A DNA stretch of 35,607 bases from Methanoculleus sp. UBA77 (GCA_002499455.1 DALN01000059.1:1-35607), one strand, 5' to 3'. Shown: positions 1-9,238, counted from the stretch's first letter. Program-made: numbers and translations. The notes: generated from the sequence alone by a model not told the origin.

Positions 1-242
1 CGGCCCTCCTCCGGCACGCGGCCGAAGTCGACCCGTCGCGGTTCGCGCACATCCTCCACATCCTGATGGCGCACCACGGTCCCCACGGGGAGATCCAGCC
101 CCGGACCCCGGAGGCCTGGGCGGTTCACTTCGCCGACAACGCGAGCGCCACCCTCCGGGCATCCTGCGACGACGTCGAGGATCTTGCACCGGGTGAGGGG
201 AAGCAGGGGGCACGGACCGGGGGGCAGGTCTACCGGTTCTGA
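1..242 (+). CDS. HD-domain phosphohydrolase, YhaM/Cbf1-like (3' end only, runs off the window)
   Basis: Hand translation from base 3: ...FAHILHILMAHHGPHGEIQPRTPEAWAVHFADNASA...VYRF, stop TGA 240-242. The I-x-x-HHG...P-x-TPEA-x-x-x-H-x-x-D pattern matches the C-terminal half of YhaM-type HD domains. Not in the ORF track. Confidence 0.75.
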   Translation, partial: ALLRHAAEVDPSRFAHILHILMAHHGPHGEIQPRTPEAWAVHFADNASATLRASCDDVEDLAPGEGKQGARTGGQVYRF

Positions 243-402
243 CCCCTCGGGTTCTATATCGAGAAGAGCAGGGGCTCGTGCCATAAACCGCGGGGCGCTA
301 TATCAAAATCAGGCCTGAATACCGCCCCGATTCTCAAATATCCTATTATCCGTTGAGTATAAGGGCCTTCCGATCCCGACCGGCGAGGCCGGAGGACCCC
401 GC

Positions 403-408
403 AAAAAA
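403..408 (-). terminator. Oligo-T terminator candidate after YHS gene
   Basis: Minus strand reads taa-cctc-TTTTTT-gc immediately after the YHS stop; archaeal intrinsic terminators are T-runs. Confidence 0.45.
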
Positions 409-412
409 GAGG

Positions 413-562
413 TTACTCCCCCTTCAGGTAGGCCTCGGGGTCCCGCTCGAAGAGCTTCTTGCACCCCGGGGCGCAGAAGTAGTAGGTCTTGCCCTTATAC
501 TCGCTCTTGAACTTCGCGGTCGCCTCATCGACGTCCATCTTGCATACCGGATCAATTGCCAC
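413..562 (-). CDS. YHS/TRASH-domain small metal-binding protein (49 aa)
   Basis: Hand translation: [49 protein letters not shown]; DPVC-x-M and YYFC-x-x-x-C are YHS signatures. GTG start preceded by GGAGGT, overlaps the copA stop. Below the ORF-track size cutoff. Confidence 0.93.
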   Translation of the reverse strand: MAIDPVCKMDVDEATAKFKSEYKGKTYYFCAPGCKKLFERDPEAYLKGE

Positions 563-3017
563 GTATATCAACCTCCGACATCATTCCTCTCTTCACCGGA
601 GGTATATATGTCTTGAGCAGCAGCGAGAGCGAGACGACCGTCACCGACGAGAGGGCCATCGCGAGCGCCGCAAACTCCGGCCGGAAGGTGATGCCGAAGA
701 AGGGATAGAGCACGCCGGCCGCGAGCGGGATGAGGGCCGTATTGTAGGCGAACGCCCAGAAGAGGTTCTGCTTGATCCGGCTCATCACCTTCCGGGAGAG
801 TTCGATGGCCGCGACGGCATCGACGAGATCGTCGCGGATGAGGACGATGTCCCCGCTCTCGATCGCGACGTCGGTCCCGCTCCCGATCGCGATCCCGACA
901 TCCGCCTGCGCGAGCGCCGGGGCGTCGTTGATACCGTCGCCGACGAACGCCACGACCGCCCCCCGCTCCTGGAGGGCGCGGACCTCCCGCGCCTTCTCCT
1001 GCGGCAGCACCCCGGCGTGGACGTCCTCGATCCCTATCTCTCGCGCGATGGCGTTTGCCGTCCGCTCGTTGTCGCCGGTGATCATCGTCACGGCAAGACC
1101 CATCCTCTTCAATTCCGCGATGGCCGCCTTCGTCGTCGGTTTGAGGGTATCGGCGATGGCGATGATGCCCGCGAATCTGCCGGAAGCGGCGACGAGGACC
1201 GCGGTCTTCCCCTCGTCCTGGAGGGCGGCGATCCGGGCCTCCGTCTCGGGGGGGACGGGGATATGGTACTCGTCGAGGAAGGGCCGGTTCCCGATCAGGA
1301 CCTCCTCCCCCTCCACCACGGCGCTCACGCCCCTCCCGCCGAAGGTCGTGAACCGCTCCGATGCCGGGACCGCGACGTCCGCGCTCTCCGCCCGCCGGAC
1401 GACCGCCTCTGCGAGCGGGTGCTGCGAGTTCTTCTCGACCGCCGCGGCGAGAGAGAGGAGCCGGTCCTCCCCCATCCCGGCCGGCACGACGTCGGTGACG
1501 TCGGGTTTCCCCCGGGTGAGCGTCCCGGTCTTGTCGAAGACGACCGCGGTCAGCTTCTCCGATATCTCGAGTGCCTCCCCGTTCCGGATCAGCACGCCGA
1601 GTTCGGCGCCCCTCCCGATCCCGACGGTCACAGCGGTCGGGGTGGCGAGGCCGAGCGCACAGGGGCAGGCGACGACCAGGATCGATATCAACACCGTCAG
1701 CGCAAAGAGGAGCGTGGCGTCGAGGACCAGATACCAGGCGAGGAAGGCGACGGTGGCGATCGCGAGGATGGCCGGGATGAAGTAGGAGACCGCGACGTCG
1801 GCGATCCGCTCAACCGGGGGCTTTGAGCCCTGGGCGTCCCGGACGAGCCTGATGATCTGCGAGAGAACCATATCCTTCCCGATCTTCTCCGCCCGGAACC
1901 GGAGGACGCCGTTCACGTTCAGGGTGCCGCCGACGACCCCGTCGCCCTCCCGTTTATCAACCGGGATGGGCTCGCCGGTGATCATTGACTCGTCGACGGA
2001 ACTCTCGCCGCCCACGACCGTCCCGTCGACCGGCACCTTCTCCCCCGGCCGGACCAGGATGATATCCCCGACGACGACGTCCTCGATCGGGACCTCGACC
2101 TCCCGATCGCCACGGATCACCGTCGCGGTCCTGGGCCGGAGGCCGATCAGGTTCTTGATGGCATCCGACGTCCTCCCCTTCGCCCGCGCCTCGAGGTAGC
2201 GGCCGAGCGTCAGGAACGCCGCGAGCATCACCGCGGTCTCGTAGAAGTTGAAGGCCGGGGTGAGGACGATCCCGAAGGTGCCGAGGAGGCTTGCGCCGTA
2301 GGCGACCCCGATCCCCATCGCGTACATGACGTCCATCGTCAGCGCCCGGTTCCGGAGCGCCGTAGCGGCCGCCCTGAAGATCGGGGCGCTGACGTAGTAA
2401 AAGACCGGGAGGGTGATGACGAGCATGATGAGGTTGACCGAGACCGGGAGGGCCTCCATCCCCGGCATCCCGAAGAGCATGTAGAAGAAGAGCGGGATGC
2501 TGACCGCGAACCCGACGACAAACCGCCGGAACTTGCCCCGGAGGTCCTCCTCCCGCATCCGGGCCTCGACGTCCTCGGAGACCTCCTCTTCGAGCCCCAG
2601 GAACTGGTAGCCGGCATCCTCGACGGCAGTCCGGATGTCGGAGATCGTGACGAGCGCCGGGTTGTAGGCGACCCGGACGTTCTCGGTCGCGAGGTTGACC
2701 TGCGCCTCGTAGACCCCATCGAGGTCGGTGAGCGACATCTCGATCACCTGGGCGCAGGAGGCGCAGACCATCCCGCCGACCCTGACAGTAACCTCGTTCC
2801 TCACGACCCCGTAGCCCGCATCGGTGACCGTCCGTTCGAGGTCGGCGAGAGTGGTCTTCGTCGGGTCGTACTCGACCGTGGCCGTCTCGGCCGCGAGGTT
2901 GACCCGGGCATCGTAGACATCGTCCCGGTCCTGGAGGGCCTTCTCGATGTTGAGGGCGCAGGACGCACAGTGCATCCCGGAGATCTTCAGTTCTGCCTTC
3001 CGTTTCTCCTCCGGCAT
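552..3017 (-). CDS. copA: Cu(I)-translocating P1B-1 type ATPase
   Basis: Two N-terminal HMA domains (GMHCASC, GMVCASC), [22 protein letters not shown], and the YN and MxxSS transmembrane motifs of Cu+ pumps. Confidence 0.95.
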   Translation of the reverse strand: MPEEKRKAELKISGMHCASCALNIEKALQDRDDVYDARVNLAAETATVEYDPTKTTLADLERTVTDAGYGVVRNEVTVRVGGMVCASCAQVIEMSLTDLDGVYEAQVNLATENVRVAYNPALVTISDIRTAVEDAGYQFLGLEEEVSEDVEARMREEDLRGKFRRFVVGFAVSIPLFFYMLFGMPGMEALPVSVNLIMLVITLPVFYYVSAPIFRAAATALRNRALTMDVMYAMGIGVAYGASLLGTFGIVLTPAFNFYETAVMLAAFLTLGRYLEARAKGRTSDAIKNLIGLRPRTATVIRGDREVEVPIEDVVVGDIILVRPGEKVPVDGTVVGGESSVDESMITGEPIPVDKREGDGVVGGTLNVNGVLRFRAEKIGKDMVLSQIIRLVRDAQGSKPPVERIADVAVSYFIPAILAIATVAFLAWYLVLDATLLFALTVLISILVVACPCALGLATPTAVTVGIGRGAELGVLIRNGEALEISEKLTAVVFDKTGTLTRGKPDVTDVVPAGMGEDRLLSLAAAVEKNSQHPLAEAVVRRAESADVAVPASERFTTFGGRGVSAVVEGEEVLIGNRPFLDEYHIPVPPETEARIAALQDEGKTAVLVAASGRFAGIIAIADTLKPTTKAAIAELKRMGLAVTMITGDNERTANAIAREIGIEDVHAGVLPQEKAREVRALQERGAVVAFVGDGINDAPALAQADVGIAIGSGTDVAIESGDIVLIRDDLVDAVAAIELSRKVMSRIKQNLFWAFAYNTALIPLAAGVLYPFFGITFRPEFAALAMALSSVTVVSLSLLLKTYIPPVKRGMMSEVDIRGN

Positions 3018-3114
3018 GCAATTTACCTCACCGCGCGGGGATAAATACCTGTACCCTCGCCGGCCTCCGCGCAGCCGCTCACGGGAGCGGCTGAATCACC
3101 GTCTCAGTCCCTGC

Positions 3115-3158
3115 TTATTTTTATACACAACATTATTATATTAAAAACCGGTTATTAT
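3115..3158. promoter_or_regulatory. AT-rich promoter block between divergent copA and HEAT-repeat gene
   Basis: TTTTTATA and TTATTATATTAAAAA tracts in an otherwise GC-rich context; TATA-like on both strands. Confidence 0.55.
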
Positions 3159-3181
3159 CGCCCCATCCTGAGGTGATTGAG

Positions 3182-4120
3182 ATGCAGAGAAGGGATCTTC
3201 CGATAGAAGAGTCACGGGAGGAGAGACGATACGATCTTGAGCGTATGTCGTCGGGACGGGATATCGATGGCCTGACCGGGGCGCTGCAGAGCGGCGATAC
3301 GGGCGTCCGCCGGAGTGCCGCTCTCGCCCTCGGTGCGCTCGGCGAGTGGAGGGCGGTGAACCCCCTCATCCGGGCGCTCACCGATCCGGCGCAGGAGGTC
3401 AGGGAGGCGGCGGCGAACGCGCTTGTCATGGTCGGGACCCCGGCGGTCGACCCGCTGACCGACATTCTCGAGCGCCCCGGCGCCGGGATATACGGGGCAG
3501 AGCGCGAAGCCCCCCACGAGGGGATCACCCAGGTCGACCTCCTCGGCGGGCCGGAGGGAATACCGCCGGAAAAGAGGATGCTCCGGCACAGGGACGGCAT
3601 CCGGCAGCATGACGCGCTCGGCGGGCCGGCGGACCTCCGGGAGGCAGGGGCAGGCAGAGCCCGCGACGAGGAGGAGGGCCTCTCCCAGCACGACGCGCTC
3701 GGGGGACCGGCGGACCTCCGGAGGGCTGGAGGCAGCATATCCCGCGACACCGAGAAGGAGATCACCCAGCACGATCTCCTCGGCGGGCCGGAGGATGTGG
3801 GGACGAAAAAGGCCCTCCGCCACCGGGAGCTTGCGCAGCACGACGTCTTCGGGGGTCCTGCGGATGCGGCGGAGCACGAGACGCTCTTCCCCGGCGCGAG
3901 GCGGGCCGGCGTCGTACCGGAAGGCACCGTCCCCGGCACAGGGATGCGCCGGGCCTACGCCGCCGTCATCCTCGGCGAGATCGCCGACCCGCGGTCGGAG
4001 GCAGCCCTCGCCCGGGCGCTCAACGACAGCGACCCTGCCGTCCGGCGGGCGGCCGAGGACGGGATGGCGCGGTATCGCGAGAGGCGCGGTGCGGCGACGC
4101 CCGTTCCGCCGTCCCGCTGA
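3182..4120 (+). CDS. HEAT/PBS-lyase repeat protein with an internal QHDxxGGP repeat insert
   Basis: HEAT-like units (VRRSAALALGALGEWRAVNPLIRALTDPAQEVREAAANAL; RAYAAVILGEIADPRSEAALARALNDSDPAVRRAA). ATG 3182 chosen because it follows GAGGTGA and aligns in length with the paralogue at 11406-12353. Confidence 0.85.
   Translation: MQRRDLPIEESREERRYDLERMSSGRDIDGLTGALQSGDTGVRRSAALALGALGEWRAVNPLIRALTDPAQEVREAAANALVMVGTPAVDPLTDILERPGAGIYGAEREAPHEGITQVDLLGGPEGIPPEKRMLRHRDGIRQHDALGGPADLREAGAGRARDEEEGLSQHDALGGPADLRRAGGSISRDTEKEITQHDLLGGPEDVGTKKALRHRELAQHDVFGGPADAAEHETLFPGARRAGVVPEGTVPGTGMRRAYAAVILGEIADPRSEAALARALNDSDPAVRRAAEDGMARYRERRGAATPVPPSR
3524..3868 (+). repeat. Five intragenic copies of (I/L)xQ(H/V)D(L/A/V)(L/F)GGP(E/A)
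   Basis: Copies start at 3524, 3599, 3680, 3761, 3830 (spacing 75, 81, 81, 69 nt), all in frame. Confidence 0.9.
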
Positions 4121-4244
4121 CGGGACCACTCTCTTTTTCCCCGGCAGGAGACTTCAAGAGGCATCCGGATCGCGTGCATTTTCATCGTCGCGGCCGCTCT
4201 CATCGGCCTGCCTCTCTCGCTGAAAAAAGAACAGGTGAGCTGGA

Positions 4245-5300
4245 TCACCCACGGATGACATGGACCGCCGTCGCCCTGACCGAGAGGGTCACGGGAGTCC
4301 CCGGGACGAGGGAGAGGTCGCGTGCCGACCGCCGGGTCAGGACCGCCGTCAGGATGACACCGCAGTCCACCTTCACCTCGGCGACGGGGCCGTTCTCCAC
4401 GACCGAGACGACCCTTCCGGCCATCGCTTTCCGGGCGCTGGGATCGGTCCCGACGGCGAGAGCGACGTCGTCGGCCCGGATGCAGAGGGTGACCGCTTCG
4501 CCCGCGGCCGCCTCCGTCACCGCCTCAAACGTCCGGCCGCCGGCATCCACCGTCGCGACCCCGTTCTCGTTTGCCGTCACGGTCCCGTCAAGGATGTTCT
4601 CGACCCCGACGAATGCCGCGACCTCCCGGCTCCGCGGCCTGTTCAGGACAACTTCGGCCTCTCCCTCGTCCACGAGGGACCCGTCGATGATCACTCCCAC
4701 CCGGGTGGCGAGGAGGTGCGTCTCCCGGCGCGAGTGGCTCACCTGGACGATCGTGAGCCCCTCCTCCCGGTGGAGCCGCCGGAGGTCCTCGATGAACTTC
4801 TCCTGCGTGACCGGGTCGAGGGCCGAGAGTGGCTCGTCGAGGAGGAGGATCTCGGGTTTCACCGCGACGGCCCGCGCGAGGGCCACCCGCTGCTGCTCAC
4901 CGCCGGAGAGGGTGCCCGGGTAGCGGTCGGCGAGATGGGATATCCCGAACCGCTCGAGGAGCCCCGCGACCCCGGCCCTGGCCTCTCCCTTCCGCATCCC
5001 CCGGACCCGGAGGCCGTAGGAGACGTTTTCGCTGACCGTCATGTTCGGGAAGAGCGAGTAGTCCTGGTAGACGAGGGCGACCCCACGCCTCTCCGGCGGG
5101 AGCGCCGTGATCTCCTCGCCCCGGAGGAGGATCCGGCCGCTGCCTGGCGAATGAAGACCGGCGATCGCCTCAAGGAGGACTGTCTTTCCCGCACCGGACG
5201 GCCCGACGACGAAGTAGTAGTCGCCCTTCCCGATCGTGAGGCTGACGTCCTTGAGAGAGAACGACCCCAGGGTGAGCGAGACCCGGTCAAACGCGATCAT
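4245..5300 (-). CDS. wtpC: Tungstate/molybdate ABC transporter ATPase with C-terminal TOBE domain (WtpC/ModC type)
   Basis: Walker A GPSGAGKT, LSGGEQQ, LLLDEP; TOBE tail (SARK...VDCG...LTRRSARDLSL); overlaps the upstream wtpB-type permease. Confidence 0.8.
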   Translation of the reverse strand: MIAFDRVSLTLGSFSLKDVSLTIGKGDYYFVVGPSGAGKTVLLEAIAGLHSPGSGRILLRGEEITALPPERRGVALVYQDYSLFPNMTVSENVSYGLRVRGMRKGEARAGVAGLLERFGISHLADRYPGTLSGGEQQRVALARAVAVKPEILLLDEPLSALDPVTQEKFIEDLRRLHREEGLTIVQVSHSRRETHLLATRVGVIIDGSLVDEGEAEVVLNRPRSREVAAFVGVENILDGTVTANENGVATVDAGGRTFEAVTEAAAGEAVTLCIRADDVALAVGTDPSARKAMAGRVVSVVENGPVAEVKVDCGVILTAVLTRRSARDLSLVPGTPVTLSVRATAVHVIRG

Positions 5301-6168
5301 CGTACCTCCCCACGAACCGGGTCATCCGACGCAGGAGATAGAAGACCCCGAAACTGACCAGGATGACCGCAAACCCGATGCTCCTGCTCGTCTGGATACC
5401 GTCCGTGGTGAACGAGTAGTAGATCAGCGTCGATATGATGAACGGGTAGTAGGCGATCATGACGACGCCGGCAAACTCCCCGATCGCCCGCCCCCAGGCG
5501 AGGACGGCGCCGCTGTAGATGTGCCGGAGGCTCAGGGGAAGGGTGACCGTCCGGAAGGTGGTGAACGTGCCTGCACCGAGGGTGCGGGCGACGTTCTCAA
5601 GGTGAACCGGCACCTTCTCGAACCCCTCCCGTACGGTATTGACGTAGAACGGGGAGGCGACGAAGAGCATCGCGACGACCGTTCCCGGGTAGGCGTCCTC
5701 GAACGCGAGCCCGATATCGGAGAGCGGCGCGCCGAGCCAGCCCCGGCGCATGAAGAGGAGGTAGACGAGCAACCCTGCCACGGTGTGGGGGAGGATGAGA
5801 GGGATGTCGACGATGCTCTCGACGACGCCCTTGAAGCGCGAGGGCCGGGCCCGGGCGAGGACGTAGGCGAGCGGGGTCCCGAAGAGGGCGAGAAGGAGGA
5901 CGGCGTTTGCCCCCGCAGCAAACGTGAGGAGGATGGACCCGACCACCTCCGAGGATGTCGCCACCTCAAGGAGGTGGGCGGGGTTCGCGAGTTCCGCCGA
6001 TGCCATGCTCGCGATCGCGAGCACCGTGATCCCGACGAGCAGCGCCCCGAGGATGCAGAACCCGACGGTGCACCAGTCTACGTAGCGCCCCCGGTGCTCC
6101 TTCCACCGGGTGAGGGATGCCTCCCTGCCGCCCCGGAGCAGATCGTCAGAGATAACTCTGGTCTTCAT
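5287..6168 (-). CDS. wtpB: Tungstate/molybdate ABC permease (archaeal WtpB/ModB type)
   Basis: GTPLAYVLAR, DIPLILPHTVAG, GTVVAMLFV, LENVARTLGA, EFAGVVMIAYYP closely resemble Archaeoglobus ModB/WtpB as remembered. Confidence 0.85.
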   Translation of the reverse strand: MKTRVISDDLLRGGREASLTRWKEHRGRYVDWCTVGFCILGALLVGITVLAIASMASAELANPAHLLEVATSSEVVGSILLTFAAGANAVLLLALFGTPLAYVLARARPSRFKGVVESIVDIPLILPHTVAGLLVYLLFMRRGWLGAPLSDIGLAFEDAYPGTVVAMLFVASPFYVNTVREGFEKVPVHLENVARTLGAGTFTTFRTVTLPLSLRHIYSGAVLAWGRAIGEFAGVVMIAYYPFIISTLIYYSFTTDGIQTSRSIGFAVILVSFGVFYLLRRMTRFVGRYDDRV

Positions 6169-6275
6169 GTCCGTATGCCGTCCATACTCCTCCCGGGAGG
6201 AGCGATTGGCATAAGGACAATTGACGGTGGCCTGATGTAAGAGTGTCGCTTTTTGCGCGGATTAACCGGTATCCA

Positions 6276-7370
6276 TTAACGATCCTTTCCCCCACGCGCG
6301 ATGAGGTGGACCGCCTTCGCCTGGAGGGAGACCCAGACCTGCATCCCTTCGTGGAGGCCGAGGGCCTCCGCCCTCCTCGCGGTCATCAGCGCGACAAGGT
6401 CGCACCCGCAGTGGACCGTCACGTTCACGAACGGCGCCGTGGGCTCGATGCCGGTGACCGTGGCGGGGAAGCGGTTCTCAGCCTCCTCGTGCCCCGGCTC
6501 TCGCCGGTGCAGGGAGATGTCCTCGCCCCGGACGACCATCTCGACCTCTTCGGCCGGCGGCGGGGTCGCCGAGAGCATCTGCCTTCCGTGCGCCTCGACG
6601 ACGGTGAACCCGTTGCTCCGCGAGACGACCCGGCCGGGGATGATGTTCTCGGCGCCCACGAACCGGGCGATCCTCCGGTCCTTCGGCTCGCGGAAGACCT
6701 CGTGCGATGGCCCGGTCTGGGCGATGGTGCCGTCGATCATCACCGCGATCCGGTGGGCGAGCCGCTGCCCCTGCGAGAGATCGTGGGTGCTGATGAGGAC
6801 GGTCATCCCGAGCTCGCGGTTCAGGCCCGTCACGATCCGCTCGATGGTGGCGGTCGATGTCGGATCCAGGTTCGCCGTCGGTTCGTCCAGGAAGAGGATC
6901 TCGGGATCCGTCACGAGCACCCTCGATAATGCCACACGCTGCTGCTCGCCGCCGGAGAGGTCGGTCGCCTTGCTCTTGATGTAGCGGGAGAGCCCGACGG
7001 CCTCGAGGGCCTCCTTCACCTTCCGGTCGATAACATCGCCGGAGGCCCCCCGGTAGCGCAGCCCCATCGCGACGTTGTCGTAGACGGACGCGTTGAAGAC
7101 GATCGGCCGCTGGAAGAGCATCCCCATCCGGCGGCGCAGATCGAGCCATCTGCCGCGCTCCTGTACCACGTCGATCCCGAAGACCGAGAGCTCGCCGCTG
7201 TTTGCGGGCTCGATCAGGTCGAGGATCCGGAGAAGCGTGCTCTTCCCGGAACCGCTCGGCCCGATGAGCGCGAGGATCTCGCCTTTCCCGACCGAGAGGT
7301 CGACGTCGTGCAGGACCCTGAGGTTGCCGTAGACCTTCGTGATCTCGTGTGCCTCGATGATCGCCATCAT
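6276..7370 (-). CDS. tupC: Tungstate ABC transporter ATPase with TOBE extension
   Basis: GPSGSGKST, LSGGEQQ, FLDEPTANLDP, STHD; directly downstream of tupB. Confidence 0.85.
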   Translation of the reverse strand: MMAIIEAHEITKVYGNLRVLHDVDLSVGKGEILALIGPSGSGKSTLLRILDLIEPANSGELSVFGIDVVQERGRWLDLRRRMGMLFQRPIVFNASVYDNVAMGLRYRGASGDVIDRKVKEALEAVGLSRYIKSKATDLSGGEQQRVALSRVLVTDPEILFLDEPTANLDPTSTATIERIVTGLNRELGMTVLISTHDLSQGQRLAHRIAVMIDGTIAQTGPSHEVFREPKDRRIARFVGAENIIPGRVVSRSNGFTVVEAHGRQMLSATPPPAEEVEMVVRGEDISLHRREPGHEEAENRFPATVTGIEPTAPFVNVTVHCGCDLVALMTARRAEALGLHEGMQVWVSLQAKAVHLIARGGKDR

Positions 7371-7371
7371 A

Positions 7372-8067
7372 TCACCGCCGCTGCACCAGGGAGAGGGCGA
7401 TGTTCACGCCGAGCGCCACCGCAAGGAGGATGATCCCGAGTGCAATCGAGAGAGAGTAGTTTGCCATCGATGTGTTGAGCGCTATCGCGGTCGTGAGGAC
7501 GCGGGTGGCGCCCCGGATGTTCCCGCCGACGATCATCACCGTCCCGACCTCGGCGATCGCCCGACCGAAGCCCAGGAGAACGCCGGCCATGACCGCGAAC
7601 CGCGCCTCCGCGATGATAGTTATGACCGTCTGGAGCCTGCTCGCGCCGAGAGCGGTGATCGTGTAGCGCTTGTCCCGGTCGATCCCGGAGAGCGCCGAGA
7701 CCGTCAGCCCCATCAGGAGCGGTATAATGAGGACCGTCTGGGCGGCGATCATGCCGCCGGGGGTGTAGAGGAGGCGGAGGAACCCGAAGGGGCCGATGTT
7801 TGAGAGCATCAGGAAGACGACCAGGCCCACGATGACCGTCGGGAGGGCGTAGAGTGTCTGGAGCGTCGAGACGACCGCGTGCTTCCCCCGGAAATCGTAG
7901 AAGTAGATGAGCGCCCCGATGGGGAGAGCGATCAGCGCGGCAAAGAAGGTGGCGGTGAGGGAGATGTAGAGCGAGCGGATGGTGATCTCCACCACCTGGG
8001 GGTTGAGGGTGACGATGAGTTCGATCGCCTCGATGAGCCCCTCGATGATCGGGTTCCCGTTCACCAC
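7372..8067 (-). CDS. tupB: Tungstate ABC permease
   Basis: LPTVIVGL, GPFG-x-L-x-LLYTP, GFGRAIAEVG-x-x-MIVGGNI, TRVLTTAIAL are TupB-family motifs. Confidence 0.9.
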   Translation of the reverse strand: MVNGNPIIEGLIEAIELIVTLNPQVVEITIRSLYISLTATFFAALIALPIGALIYFYDFRGKHAVVSTLQTLYALPTVIVGLVVFLMLSNIGPFGFLRLLYTPGGMIAAQTVLIIPLLMGLTVSALSGIDRDKRYTITALGASRLQTVITIIAEARFAVMAGVLLGFGRAIAEVGTVMIVGGNIRGATRVLTTAIALNTSMANYSLSIALGIILLAVALGVNIALSLVQRR

Positions 8068-8127
8068 GCGCCCTCAGCCTCCGTCACCGTCCACCCCGTC
8101 CGCGCCTCTCCTCCACCTGATCTGCGC

Positions 8128-9099
8128 CTATCCGGTCACCTCTCCCGTGCAGGTGCAGTTGAACGGCGGTTCGGTGCACTCGGGAGCGTAGAGCGGCGTG
8201 AAGAGCGGTTTGCCGAACTCTTCGGTGCCGAAGTTCCCGATCATCTCCTTGGTCTCGTTCGTGGTGAGCCAGTTGATGAACTCCGCGGCACCTTCGGCGT
8301 TCACGCCCGGGTGCTGTGCGGGGTTGACGGCGATCGCACTGTAGCGGTTCAGGAGTTCCGCCCCCTCGGCGATGACCGGCACCAGCTCGAGCCGGTCGGC
8401 GAACGAGAGATACGTCCCCTCATCGGAGAGGGTGTATGCCTGCTGCTCGTTTGCAAGGATCAGGGTGTCACCCATGCCCTTGCCGGCCTCGACGTACCAG
8501 GCCCCGGCATCTACGACCTGGGTGTCATAGTCGTAACCTGCCTGCTCCCAGAGGACCTTCTCCTGGTTGTGCGTGCCGGAGTTGTCGCCGCGGGAGACGA
8601 ACGCGACGCCGGCGGTGTTGTTCGTGCCGGCGAGATAGATCGTCCGGACGGCCTCGACCGGGTCCATGTTCGCGATCCCCGCCGGATCGGACTCCGGCCC
8701 GACGATGATGAAGTAGTTGTAGGCGATACACCTCGGGTCGATCCCGAACCCGTCGTCGATGAACTGCTGCTCAAGTTCCGGGGCGTGGACGAGGACCAGG
8801 TCGACGTCGCCGCGCCTGCCGGAGTCGATCGACTGGCCGGTGCCCTGGGCGATGAACTGGAGGTCCATCCCGGTCTCGTTCTCGTAAACCCGTTCGAGCT
8901 CCGCGAGCAGCCCGGTGTTCTCGAGGCTCGTCGTGGTGGCTATCCGGAGGACGTTCCCCCCGCCGCCGGGAGCGGCCGTCCCCGTGGCGGTCGGGGTCGC
9001 ATTTCCGTCCGGCGCCGTCCCGGTGCACCCCGCACCGAGAGCGAAGATGAGCAGGATCGTAATGATGCCTGCCGTCAGAAGAGTTGTAGGTGTCTTCAT
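8128..9099 (-). CDS. tupA: Tungstate-binding lipoprotein
   Basis: LRIATTTS tungstate signature, GDVDLVLVHAP, YNYFIIVGP, FVSRGDNSGTH, YTLSD; N-terminal hydrophobic stretch with lipobox GAGC. Start moved from 9150 to ATG 9099 (just downstream of a TATA box). Confidence 0.93.
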   Translation of the reverse strand: MKTPTTLLTAGIITILLIFALGAGCTGTAPDGNATPTATGTAAPGGGGNVLRIATTTSLENTGLLAELERVYENETGMDLQFIAQGTGQSIDSGRRGDVDLVLVHAPELEQQFIDDGFGIDPRCIAYNYFIIVGPESDPAGIANMDPVEAVRTIYLAGTNNTAGVAFVSRGDNSGTHNQEKVLWEQAGYDYDTQVVDAGAWYVEAGKGMGDTLILANEQQAYTLSDEGTYLSFADRLELVPVIAEGAELLNRYSAIAVNPAQHPGVNAEGAAEFINWLTTNETKEMIGNFGTEEFGKPLFTPLYAPECTEPPFNCTCTGEVTG

Positions 9100-9127
9100 A
9101 GCAGCGCGTTCTAGGGCACTTTGCAGA

Positions 9128-9137
9128 TATATATTTA
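9128..9137 (-). promoter_or_regulatory. TATA box of first tup operon
   Basis: Minus strand TAAATATATA about 30 nt upstream of the tupA ATG. Confidence 0.6.
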
Positions 9138-9238
9138 CCCCACCCAACAAGTTAACTAAACCACATTATCGGGTTAAAGATTGTCGGCCAATGGCGGGGT
9201 CGAAACCTTAACGCTCCCACCCGCCGACCCTGTTCCTC

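Noticed and set aside
489-1826. Long antisense/alternate-frame ORFs (e.g. 489-1826, 7879-9114, 19579-21195, 27083-28498, 33661-35100)
   Set aside because: Arg/Gly/Pro-rich or DDD/VVV-patterned shadows expected in high-GC DNA opposite well-supported genes.
3524-3868. CRISPR array or DNA-level repeat element
   Set aside because: Copies vary at synonymous positions, spacing is always a multiple of three and there are no cas genes; it is a protein repeat.
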